Origin: Cenococcum geophilum
Lineage: Eukaryota
Direction of reading: 5' to 3'
Assembly: GCA_050273025.1 (NCBI GenBank)
Contig: CP158635.1
Span: 12,834,001-12,898,000 of the forward strand
DNA length: 64,000 nt
Shown here: positions 52,101-64,000 of the stretch, one piece after another
Layout: each line of letters begins with the position of its first letter
Numbering within the stretch: the stretch's first letter is position 1
The notes under the pieces: model-generated
The model's input: only the letters and a program-made list of their open reading frames with translations
What the model was told of the DNA's origin: nothing
Database searches by the model: none
Made by a program: the position numbers and the translations under genes

Positions 52101-55100
52101 ATCTAAGACTACCCAATCATAGAGAAGGCTATAACTTATATTAAAGGAGCCTTAATTATAACATTAAAAGATCTAGAGGAGTAATTAGAGGACTAGAGAA
52201 GCGAAAGATAAATTTTAATACCCGCAAACGAAGTTGCAACGCTTAGATTAACACAAGAGAGGTTTAAACTTAAGGATAAAGACAAGCTAAGAGTTAACCT
52301 AAGACATTAAGCACATTATACACTATTATGGATAGTATGCGTAAATAATGCGTGCAACATACATAAAGCACCAAAAGATAAAAATTAAAAGTATCTAATA
52401 AGGATATATTAGATAACAGACGAGGCGAAATATTAAAACGCTAAGTATATATATAGTTAGCACCTAGTAGAAGTTTAAGAATAAGGGGACTTAATACTTT
52501 AACCAGAAAGATTCCTTACGGAAGAATGCCTAGATAAATAATAATGGTGGGAATGTCTAGAGAATACTTATCTATAGTATATTAAAGACAAAAAGCAAAC
52601 TAAGTATTGGCCTAAGATAGACTAAGTACAAATAGGATCTAGTAGCTAATAGTTAGGAAAAGTAGAGGCCTACGGGACCAAAGGGAGCTAGTAGTAAAGC
52701 CTTAGACCCTTAAAGGAATTTAAGGACGACACCTAAATTTACGAGTTAAGTAGCAAGATCAACAGTTTAAGGCATTAATAGATAGTGGAGTAATAAGGAA
52801 CCATATCTCGCTAGCAGCAGTAAAAAGAATAGGGTTACTATATAGACAAAAGAAATGTTTTTACCTATTAGTAACAATTTTAGGAGATCTAATAGCCTAT
52901 AGAGGAGGCATTATTAATCTTAAAACAGGACCTATTTAGTTAACCATTAAAGGAAAACTAGTTAAGATGTCTTTCGACATATTACTATTAGGGAATAATA
53001 AGGCAGTACTAGGAATGCCTTAGTTACAAGAATACAATCTAAAGATTAATTAGGTTACAAGTTAGGTCGATATCAGAGATATATAACGCCATAAGATGCA
53101 ACAACAAGCCAAGTTAGTATAGTACTAAGTAGGAGCGACCTACGAAGAAACAGAGAAAGGGCTAAGCCATATACCAAAAAGATACCACAAGTATGGCAAG
53201 AAACTATAGTCACCTAAGAGTAAAAAGCTGTTAAAGCATATAGTATGGAACTATAAAATAGAATTAGAACCAGAAATAAATCTAAGATTCTTTCCAATCT
53301 ATAAGCTTACTAAAGAAGAAAGTAAAGCGCTAAAAGAGTTTGTCTAAGAGAACTTATAAAAGGGATACATCAGACCATCGCAATTATTAGCGGGATATCC
53401 AGTACTGTTCGTACCAAAAAAGAATAGTAAACTAAGGCTATATATCAACTATAGATAGTTAAACAGCATTACTAGAAAGGATAGGTATCCTTTACCCTTA
53501 ATTAGCGAAATCTAAAATAGGATAGGCAATGCGTAAATCTTTATAAAGATAGATCTAAGATAGGCGTACCATTAGATTAGAATTAAGGAAGGCAACAAAT
53601 AAAAGGCAGCCTTTAGGTTAAAGGAAGGACTATATAAACCATTAGTTATGCAATTCGGGCTTATAAACACATTAGTAACGTTCTAAAAGCGTATTAATAA
53701 TATATTAGGAGAATATTTAGATAAATTTATTATAGTATACCTTAACGATATTATTATCTACTTAATAAACAAGGAAGAGTACGGAGAATATATTAAGTGG
53801 GTTTTAAAGAGACTATAGGAAGAACAGATGCTAGTAGCAATTAAGAAATGCGAGTTCTTTACTAGGAAGACCGATTTTATTAGATTTATTATTAAACTAG
53901 GCCAACTTAGTATAGATCTAAAGAAGATTAAAGCCATAGTAAATTGGCAGGAACTAAAGAACGTTACACAGTTAAGATCGTTCCTAAGGTTTTATAATTA
54001 CTATAAAAGGTTTATAGCGCAATAGTTAAAGGATATCAAACTATTTATATAATTAATAAAGAAAGAAGAACTATAGGTATGGGGAGAAGAATAGTGAGAA
54101 CTCTTTAAGAAAGTTAAAGAGTTGTTTACCCAGGAGCCAGTTCTTAAGATCTATTAACTAGGACTAGAGACGGTTATAAAAACAGATATATTAGACTTTA
54201 CACTAGGAGCATATTTTATATAAAAGCATCTAGATAGATAGTATCCAGTGGCATATTATAGTCGAAAGATAATACCACTAGAGTTAAACTACAACATCTA
54301 CAATAAGGAGTTATTAGGTATAGTTATAGCACTAAAGGAATAGAGAGCATTCTTGCAAGGCATAAAAAAACCATTTATAGTTAAAATAGATTATAAGAAC
54401 CTAACAGGGTTCCTAATAACAAAGGAGCTTAACTAAAGATAGGTTAAATAGGTAGAGATGCTTATAGAATACTATTTTAAGATTTAGTATATTAAGGGTA
54501 TAGACAATACGCGAGCCGATGTATTAAGTTAAAAAGCTAAACTATAAAATAACAATAAGCCATTAGGGGCTTTACTATAAAAAGACACAGACGGATTAAT
54601 TAGGTACAATTATCTAAAAATTATAGCAACTTAAGAGAATAAGTTAGAAAAGGTCTATAAGACACTAGAAAGCTTTTAAGTATAAAGAATTCTAAAAGCA
54701 CAGCTAGAAGATCTATAGTCGGATATATACGGAAATTAAGAGGTAAAGTATATCCCAAGAAGCATAGTAGAGTAGTTTATAGAGGACTTCTATAAGGGAC
54801 TAACTTAAGGATATAACGGAGCCATAGGCTTAGTATTAAGACTCTAGGAGGAGTATATTATTAACGGAATCTAAAGGATAGCTAGAAAGGTTACTAAAGA
54901 GTATCTAGATTGTTAAAGGAACAAACTAATAAGGCATAAGCCGTATAGAGGGCTATAACCTATTAAAATACCAGAGAGACTATAGGAGGTTATATTATAG
55001 GACTTTATTATTAAGTTACTAAAATTAAGAAATCCTATTACCGGACAAGATTACAACGTAATCTTAGTGATAGTAGACAAGCTTATAAAGTGGGGATACT

Positions 55101-57181
55101 TTATAGCCTATACGGAAGAAATCTCAGCGGAAGATATTACTAGAATCTATATTAAAGAAGTGTTTATAAGATATAGAGCACTAAGCAAAATTATATTAGA
55201 TAGAGATCTAAGATTTATAGCAGCATTCTAGGAAGTATTCTTAGCGGAATAAGGAGTTCAAGTAGTAACTTCCACTATATATTATCCGCAGATAAACGGT
55301 TAAATGGAAAGATTAAACTAGACACTAGAGCAGTATCTAAGGCACTATATTAATCACGTACAGAACAATTGGGTATCGCTATTACTAGTTATATAGTTTA
55401 TATATAATATAACACCACAAAAAGGAATAGGTATATTACCATTTAAGGCGAATTATGGATACGAACTAAGAATATTATTATCGCTATAATAAGTAAAGAA
55501 AATAAGTAGTAGAGCTAAGTAAAGAATAGAGACTTTAATAAATCTTTATATAAACCTTACGGAAACAGCTAAGACAGTACAGCAAAGAATAAAAAAGTAC
55601 TACAATGCTAAGAGATCTAAGGGACTAGATCTTAAGGAGGGAGATAAAGTATAGCTACTATACAAAAATTTTAAGAGTTAACAACTAAGCAAGAAGTTGG
55701 ACTATATTAGACTAGGACCTTTTAAAATTACATAAAAAATTTCATTAGTTACGTTTAAGCTAAACCTACTAGCTAAAATAAGAATCTACCCTATATAGTA
55801 TATCGCAATGCTAGAGCTAGCACACGGAAATATTAAGCCATTAGTTTATAAAGCAGACACGTACAGAGGACAGGAAGAGGATAAATAGCAAGTTTTAAAG
55901 ATCGTTAATTACGAGGACGTTAATAACGAAATATAGTATAAAGTAAAGTGAATAGGCTATAATAAGACTACCTAGGAGCTATTAGAGAATCTAAAGAACG
56001 CTATAGGAAAGGTACAGGAGTATCGGAAGAGAAAAGGTTAGGTAATATTAATAAAGAGGAATTACTAAAGAATAAGCCGCCTAAGGGGGACCTAGGAAGA
56101 GCGATTGCTAAACTACTTAGAGTTATTTCCTTCTCTATTAGAAGAGAATCCGTTCTTTTATCACCAAGTTCCTATAGACCTTATTCTATAAGTTTCCACT
56201 CCTTAGAATAAACCTTCTTATATACCTTCTTAAGGCAAAGTAAATAGGCAAATACCGCGATGCGAGTATTTAGGGCCTTCTATTCCGCATCCCGAGAACG
56301 CTTAAGCTTAGTAAGGGCCTATACTAGGTTATTATTAAGCTTTACAGCAGTAGATTAAACATAAGACCCTATAATAAATTACTTAGGGAACTTAAAGACT
56401 ATTAAGAGTTATAGGACGCGTATACTTAGCGTTAGAAGTAGAACGAATATCGCAAGACAATTAAACGTTTGCTTTAGTGCACTCTAAACAAGAAGAGGGT
56501 TGCCGAGACGAAGAACTTGCTAGCATAATATATACTAACCCCTCCTTTAAGCAACGAGAACACGGAGATAGCATTATTTCACTAAGCGATAATATTATAG
56601 TAATAGTGCGAGCATGACGTTACGCGTGTGAAGAAAAAGAAGCTTTAGGCATTATAAGTAATAATATTAACTAAATTAATTAGACGGATATTACACCTCT
56701 AGTAAACAACTTAGAGATACTAGGTATCTTTGAGGATAAAGATAGAGAGAAGGGAGATAGTATTACGGACGCTTTAAGTATAATATTATAACTACTTAGA
56801 GAGGAGTTGGAAGAAGCTAGTTAGTTAATATAAGCACGGTCTAGAATAGAACCCGTAGAACTATATAACGAAGAATAGTAACTAAGGTCATATAAGGTAC
56901 TATAAGAGGAACGAGAGGAACGAAGGGAACTTATATACCTTATGTATAAGACGTACATCACGTATAAGAAGGATTTCATAGGAGTACGGTTATGTATTTA
57001 AGGACCCTTAATCCCTACCTAGATAGTTCCTTCCTTATAGTAATTCTCAGAATACAATTAGAGTTAATCTATTAGGCAACCACTCCACCAGTTATTATTA
57101 CGTTATTAACTTACTTGCAATACCTATATACCTAGCCCATTAATAAGTCCACCGTAGTCTCTACTATAAGGCTTCGTTACA
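49195..57181 (+). mobile_element. Gypsy C, full length (7987 bp), sister subfamily of B/E
   Basis: LTRs 49195-49615 and 56761-57181; TSD TTAAC. Zinc knuckle ~50660-50703, ALIDSG 52772, VYLND (=YLDD) 53735-53749, integrase, chromodomain ~55880-56030, PPT before 56761. Confidence 0.96.
55970..56652 (-). pseudogene. Antisense accessory ORF of Gypsy C: Zn(II)2Cys6-like cluster plus coiled coil, one intron
   Basis: ATG 56652; PCSRCLKEGLVYIMLASSSSRQPSSCLECTKANV*LSCD = C-x2-C-x6-[Y for C]-x13-C-x2-C-x8-C. Putative intron 56423-56369, then a heptad-like helical exon. Confidence 0.78.
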
Positions 57182-57949
57182 TTAACCGGTTAACGGAAAA
57201 TAATATAACACTTAAAAATAGGATTAATGGGATAGGCGTGGTAAAGATTAAGCTACTATTAATTAAACAATTCTTAGGAGAAAGATTGAAGCTTAAAGAA
57301 TTCCTTACGCAAATATACTTTAAGGTTTTATAAGAAGGAGCTAAGTTACCAACACCTATAGATTAAGTGGCGTATATAGGATTGTTCTTATTAGGAAAGG
57401 CACTTAAGTAGTTTAAGCTTTATCTTATAGAAATACAAGTAAACAGAATAACGACTATAAACTAAGATATATGGTTTATATTCTTAAGCTAGAGTGGATT
57501 TATAGAGCGACTTATATAAATATTTAGGGACCTAGAAGCAATAGTAATAGCGAAAAAAAAGCTTTAAAACCTAACGCAATAAACCTTAGTAATTAAGTAC
57601 ATAACGCAGTTCTAGACATTAGCTATCATCGGCAAAATATAGTACCCTTTTAATGGCCTCAATGGTTGTGGTTAACGCAATTGGCGCGCAGTTGAGGGCA
57701 TTTGGCAACTCGACCGACTAGCCTATGTCGTGTTTTTTTGACACGCAGCCTGCGCGCAGCCTGCGCGTAACCTACGCGCAACCTGCGCGCAACCTGCTAG
57801 TAATCTACGCATTTAGCAACCATAATTATATTTACCTCTTTTATACTAATAATATATTTTAAATAAATAAAAGCTATTTTAAAGCTATTTATAAGGCTAG
57901 CAAAATAAATATTATTATTTTAGATAATTTAATATAATATAGCGATAGT

Positions 57950-58352
57950 TCTCTTCTACCTATCTACCTATTGACTTACCTACCTGCCTGCATCGCCTAC
58001 CTATTTATATTACCTACCTATCTACATCTACCTATCTACATTTGCCTACCTATTTACATCTACCTACCTATCTATATTTACCTACCTATTAATATTTACC
58101 TACTTATTTATATCTGCTTACCTATCTACATCTACCTACCTATTTATATTTACTTATCTATATCTACCTACCTATTTATATCTGCCTATCCGTTAGCATC
58201 TACCTACCTATTTATATCTACTTGCCTATCTATATCTACTTACCTATCTATATCTGCCTACCTATCTATATTTACTTACCTATCTACATTTACCTACCTG
58301 TCTATATCTACCTACCCGTTAGCATCTACCTATTTATGCCTACCTATCTATA
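57950..58352. repeat. Low-complexity CTATCTAC/CCTA array
   Basis: Read directly. Confidence 0.9.
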
Positions 58353-58409
58353 CTACCTTAATTCGATCGATTAATCGAATCGTTTATAGTGTTAGCTGGC
58401 TAGTCGTTA

Positions 58410-59250
58410 TCATCTAGCTCTAGCGACGGTTATCTAGTTCTAGTAACGGTCGTCTAGTTCTAGCGACGGTTGTCTAGCTCTAGCAATAGTTGTCTAGTTC
58501 TAGTAACGGTCGTCTAGTTCTAGTAACGGTCGTCTAGCTAGCGACAGTTATCTAGTTCTAGCAACGGTTGTCTAGTTCTAGTAACGGTCGTCTAGCTAGC
58601 GATAGTCGTCTAGTTCTAGCAACAGTTGTCTAGTTCTAGTAACGGTCGTCTAGCTAGCAACGGTTATCTAGTTCTAGCGACAGTTGTCTAGTTCTAGTAA
58701 TGGTTGCCTAGCTAGCGACAATCGTCTAGTTCTAGTAACGGTCGTCTAGCTAGTAATGGTCGTCTAATTCTAGCAACAATTATCTAGCTCTAGTAACGGT
58801 TGTTTAGTTCTAGTAACGGTTGTCTAGCTAGTAATAGTTATCTAGTTTTGGCGACGGTTGTTTAGTTCTAGTAATAGTTATCTAGTTCTAGCGACGGTTA
58901 TCTAGCTCTAGTAACAGTTATCTAGTTCTAGTAACGGTCGTCTAGCTAGCAACGGTTATTTAGTTCTAGCGACGGTCGTTTAGTTCTAGTAATAGTTATC
59001 TAGCTAGCGACAGTTGTTTAGTTCTAGCAATAGTTGTCTAGTTCTAGTAATAGTTATCTAGCTAGCAACAGTTGTCTAGTTCTAGTAATAGTTATCTAGC
59101 TAGCGACGGTTATCTAGTTCTAGCGACAATCGTCTAGCTTTAGCAACGGTCGTCTAGTTCTAGTGACGGTTGTCTAGCTAGCAATAGTTGTCTAGTTCTA
59201 GTAACGGTTATCTAGTTCTGGCAACAGTCGTCTAGTTTTAGTAACGGTCC
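58410..59250. repeat. Minisatellite of mixed 20-bp and 16-bp units (GTCTAGTTCTAGCGACGGTT / GTCTAGCTAGCGACGG)
   Basis: Roughly 45 head-to-tail units, no unique spacers. Confidence 0.93.
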
Positions 59251-59381
59251 TCTACTAGCTGCCGTTCTAGTGCCTCCCTAGGTAGGGAGGATATAAAGAA
59301 GAAAGGAAGGGTAAAAAATAAGGTAGCTATATAGGGTAGAGGCATGTATAGAGGCTATCGGGAATATAGCGGGGACCTGAT

Positions 59382-59758
59382 ACAGAGCTTCGTATAGAGC
59401 CTCTGTACGCAGAGCTTTGCGCAGAGCCTCGTGCAGAGCCTCTATACGCAGAGCTTCTCGCAGAGCCTCGTGCAGAGCCTCTATACGCAGAGCTTCGCGC
59501 AGACCCTCGCGCAGACCCTCGCGCAGACCCTCGTGTAGAGCTTCGTGCAGAGCTTCGCGTAAAGCCTCGTGCAGAGCTTCGTGCAGAGCTTCATGCAGAG
59601 CCTCTATACGCAGAGCTTTATATAAAGCCTCGTATAGAGCCTTATGCAAAGCTTTATGCAGAGCTTTATACAGAGCCTCTATACGCAGAGCTTCGTGCAA
59701 AGCCTTTATACGTAGAGCTTTATATAGAGCTTCGTGTAGAGCCTTGTGCAGAGCCTCT
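59382..59758. repeat. 12/18-bp minisatellite (GCAGAGCTTCGT)
   Basis: Read directly. Confidence 0.92.
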
Positions 59759-59888
59759 AAGTAATAAGATTATAAGATTATATGAGATTGTATAAGATTG
59801 TATAAGATTATATATAATAGTTAAATATATAGTATATAACTTTACCTTAATCGCACGTTAAGAAATATACAGTTAGCTTTTAAAGTTG

Positions 59889-60155
59889 TTAAGTAGGTTA
59901 ACTGCATATTAAGTTAGTTAAATTGTATGTTAAGTAGGTTAACTGCGTGTTAAGTTAGTTAAATTGCATATTAAGTAGGTTAACTGCGTGTTAAGTTAGT
60001 TAAATTGCATATTAAGTAGGTTAACTGCGTGTTAAGTTAGTTAAATTACATGTTAAGTAGGTTAACTGCGTGTTAAGTTAGTTAAATTGTATATTAAGTA
60101 GGTTAACTACGTGTTAAGTTAGTTAATTGCGTGTCGAGTTAGTTAAATTGCATGT
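59889..60155. repeat. 41-bp dimeric minisatellite (TTAAGTAGGTTAACTGCGTG + TTAAGTTAGTTAAATTGCATA)
   Basis: About 6.5 units. Confidence 0.9.
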
Positions 60156-63100
60156 TAATTACGCGAAACGCGAAAACCAAAGTCTACTTAAATCTCATCC
60201 TGCGAATATTTTCCCGATAATATAAGTTAAGTAGAATAATAGGGCGCTTATGGTATAGTATAAACAGGGACTTAAAGTAAAAGTCTAGGACGTAATTATT
60301 CTAATAGAAGATGCGGACACCCTTAGGGAATTAATAGATTAAGTGATTAAGATTAATAATAGGATCTTCTAAAGGGAACAGGCTAAAAGAGGCTAGGATA
60401 GAGTTCTATAGTTATATAAGGCGTAGAGTACGCAATAACTAAAGTTAAATTAGAAACTATAGTATAGCGCAAAGCTAATAAACCTAAGTAGTACTAAGGA
60501 AACCTATAAGAGATAGGGAAAACAGCTATAGAAACCCAGAAGTTAAGGATTAAGTAATTAAAGGACTAAGAAGTATAGGCTAAACTAAGGATCTTAATAG
60601 CAGAAGACGTTTAAGCGGACTCTATAGCAAAAGTAATACTTTAAAAACGAAGCTTATATAAATTACGGAAAATAGGGTTATTTTGCCAGAGACTATAAAA
60701 ATGGTTGGAGTTACTACGTAGTAAAGGGAACTAGATTAATAGCATATAATATATATATATATAGAGGGATAATAGTATACTACGAGAAATAAAAGAATGT
60801 TTAATCCAAAGTTTTACGTTTTGTTATAATAACGTATACTAAGTTTATAAAGACGCTAAGTACGGCGTAAGCTATTAGCTATAAAAGCCAGAGTTAAAAG
60901 GACTTAAGGGAATTATAGAGTTAGATAAAGAATAAGATTAACTCTATAAGCTAGATTAAGATATTATAGCAATATATAGATAAAGATTAGTAACAATAAT
61001 AATAGAGTTAAAGTACTTATTAATTACTAGTAATAAGGGAAAAAAGGGAACTAACTAGAAGTATCTAAACCTTAATAACGTAATAGAAGTAGAGACTGAA
61101 ACCGCTATAGAGTAAGGTTTAGTAACGGGTATTATAATACTATTAAATACGGTATCCATTACTTTATAAAATGGAAGGAGTAATATCTATAGGCGATTAA
61201 ATAAGCAGACAACTGCTAGTACTAGCTTACCACTTAATAAAGGTAAAAGGCTAAAGGCTTAAGATTTTTAAGATAAGATAAAAGATAACTAAGATTTTTA
61301 AGACGAGATAAGGCACGCTTAAGGACCTATAACGGACGATAACTGATAGAGTAGAGTAACGGCTTAGTTTAGTAATATATAAATAAGCCTAGGACGAAGT
61401 TTCCTAAAGGTATAAGATTCTTAAAGTAAGATAAATAAGATTTAAGACTCTTAAGATAAGATAAGAACACTAGTAAAGCCTAGTTAGACTAAGGCTAAAA
61501 TATAGCTTAAGAAAAAAGCAAGCTTAGGATTAAAGAATCCAAGGGACTAAGAATTTGGAGTATAAATAAGGACACCCGTAAGTAAAAAGTAAGAGGCTTT
61601 ACTATAGATTAGAGAATCTACAGTATAAACAGCGGTTAGACTAGGAGATAGATATATAGACCTAGAGGACTTACTAGGGGAATATAGCATTTAGCCTAAA
61701 GATTAAAAAGTTAATACTACAATTAAGAAGTAAGAGAACTTTAAGGATCTAATTACGAGACGCAAATAATAAGAAACTATAGACGAATTTAGAGTAAGAA
61801 TCTTTATATAGTAAGAATAGAAACTAAATATAAGATCTAGTATAATAAGTTGTATATAAGACAGAGTACTAGTATAAAGAATTACTAATAGACCTAAAAT
61901 AGGCACGCTAAGAGTTAAGTGGCTTATTAAACTAGAAAATAAAGAGGATCTAGGGATTCTAACTAGGTTTAAGGAACGGCATATAAAGGGCTATTACAAT
62001 ATAGTAATAAAAAGATGCTTCCTTATAGATAGGCCGTATACACTCTAATAGCTATACTAAAGGTGGTATAGGCAGAGATATAATAACGAGTGGGAAGATT
62101 TCTATATATAGTTAGACGAGAAAGTTATCTAAAACCACCTAATTATGGAAAAGGTAATAAATTATATTAAGGGAGCCTTAATTATAACGTTAAAGAATCT
62201 AAAGAAATAATTAAAGGATTAGAGAAGCGAAAGACGTATCTTAGTACCTATAAATAAAGTCGCAATGTTTAGATTAATATAATAGAAGTTTAAACTTAAG
62301 AATAAAGATAAGTTAAGAGTTAACCCAAGACACCTAGTATACTATATGCTATTATGGATTATATATATAGACGATATATATAAGATGCATAAAAACCCAA
62401 AAGAAAGGAACCGGAAATACCCTATAAGGACATATTAGGCGCTAAATAAGCGATAATATAGGAATACTAAGTATATATACGGCTAGTATCTAGTAGAAGT
62501 TTAAGAGTTAGGAGACTTAATACTTTAACTAAAAAGATTCCTTATGGAAGAATACTTAGACAGATAGTGGTAATAGGAATACTTAGAGAATATATATCTA
62601 TAGTATATTAAGGACAAAAAGCGAATAAAGTATTAGCTAAAGAATAAGTTAAGTATATAAGGATCTAGCAGCTAATAGTTAGGAAAAGTAGAGGCCTATA
62701 GGACCAAAGGGAGCTAGTGGTAGAGCCTTAGACCCTTAAAGAAATTTAAAAATAATACCTAAATTTATAAATTAAATAGCAAGATCGACAGTTTAAAGTA
62801 TTAGTAGATAGTAGAGTAATAAGGAACCATATCTTATTAATAGCAGTTAAAAGAATAGGGCTACTATATAGATAGAAAGAGTACCTATATCTACTAATTA
62901 CAATCTTAGGAGATCCGATAGTCTATAAAGGAGGCACTATTAATCTTAAAATAGGACCTATTTAAATAACCATTAAAGGAAGATAGATTAAAATGTCTTT
63001 TAATATATTACTATTGGGGAATAATAAGGTAGTATTAGGAATACCTTAGTTATAGGAATACAATCCAAAAATCAATTAGGTTATAGGTTAGGTCAATATT

Positions 63101-64000
63101 AGAGATACTTAACGCCGTAAAACGTAATAATAAGCTAAGATGGTATAGTACTAAATAGGGGCAACCTATAAAGAAATAGATAAAGGACTAAGCTATATAC
63201 TAAAGAGATACTATAAGTACGGCAAGAAACTATAGTCACTAGAAAGTAAAAAGCTATTAGAGTATACAGCATAGGACTATAAGATAGAATTAGAATTAGG
63301 AGTAAGTCTAAAATTCTTTCCAATCTATAAGCTTACTAAAGAAGAAGGGAAAGCACTAAAGGAGTTTATTTAAGAGAACTTATAAAAGGGATATATTAAA
63401 CCATCGTAGTTATTAGTAGGTTATCCAGTACTATTCATACTAAAGAAAAACGAAAAACTTAGACTATGCATCAACTATAGGTAGTTAAATAGCATTACTA
63501 GAAAGGATAGGTATTCTTTACCCTTAATTAGCGAAATTTAAGATAGGATTAGTAACGTATAAATCTTTACAAAGATAGATTTAAGATAGGCGTACTATTA
63601 GATTAAGATTAAAAAAGGCAATAAATAAAAGGCAGCCTTTAGGTTAAAGGAAGGACTATATAAGCTATTAGTAATATAGTTTAGACTTATAAAATGTACT
63701 AGCAACGTTTTAGAAACGTATTAATAATATATTAAGAAAGCACTCAGACGAATTTGTTATAGTATATCTTAATAATATTATTATTTACTTAATAAGTAAG
63801 GAAGAATATAGAGAATACGTTAAATGGGTTTTAAAGAGACTATAAGAAGAACAGATGCTAGTAGTAATTAAGAAATATAAGTTCTTTACTAGGAAGACAG
63901 ATTTCGTTAAATTTATTATTAAACTAGGCCAACTTAGTATAGATCTAAAGAAGATTAAGGCTATAGTAAATTAATAAGAACTAGAGAACGTTATATAATT

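Larger units (their letters stand above)
57626..60220. mobile_element. Non-autonomous TIR element filled with minisatellites (~2.6 kb)
   Basis: Ends TCATCGGCAAAATAT / ATATTTTCCCGATAA (13/15 inverted match). Removing it restores Gypsy E gag (compare ~15470-15490). Confidence 0.85.
48605..64000 (+). mobile_element. Gypsy E (same family as B), continues past the window end
   Basis: 5' LTR 48605-49024 matches the B LTR. Body 49025-49194, 57187-57625, 60221-64000 colinear with B through protease (~62800) and RT (~63760). Confidence 0.93.

Noticed and set aside
58410..59250. CRISPR-like array
   Set aside because: Head-to-tail units without unique spacers, eukaryotic context, no cas genes.
57971..59764. 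ORFs 57971-58417, 59278-59700 and 59417-59764
   Set aside because: Stop-free frames produced by simple repeats; no domain evidence.

Overview
Filamentous ascomycete (Pezizomycotina-type) genomic DNA, roughly 90% transposon-derived and heavily mutated by RIP (pervasive TpA; TAA/TAG stops where CAA/CAG/TGG are expected). The left ~39 kb resolves into a nested stack: a minus-strand hAT transposase broken into five pieces by a long-TIR MITE, Gypsy A (carrying a complete Ngaro tyrosine-recombinase retroelement), a solo LTR, Gypsy B (carrying a Copia-derived deletion element, two solo LTRs and a LINE), truncated Gypsy D and a five-element nest of Tc1/mariner elements. A small un-RIPped island (~39.5-45.3 kb) holds a patatin-like pseudogene fragment and two intact, divergently transcribed multi-exon MFS transporter genes. 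The right ~18 kb is a Copia 5' part interrupted by Gypsy E, which contains full-length Gypsy C and a minisatellite-filled TIR element. Most notable: a spliced antisense Zn(II)2Cys6-like accessory gene in the Gypsy B/C family, two-gene Tc1 elements that inserted repeatedly into each other's TIRs, and a conserved hairpin module shared by the 3' regions of three different LTR elements. Boundaries and motifs were read by eye; 'de-RIPped' motifs are reconstructions, and no database search was run.
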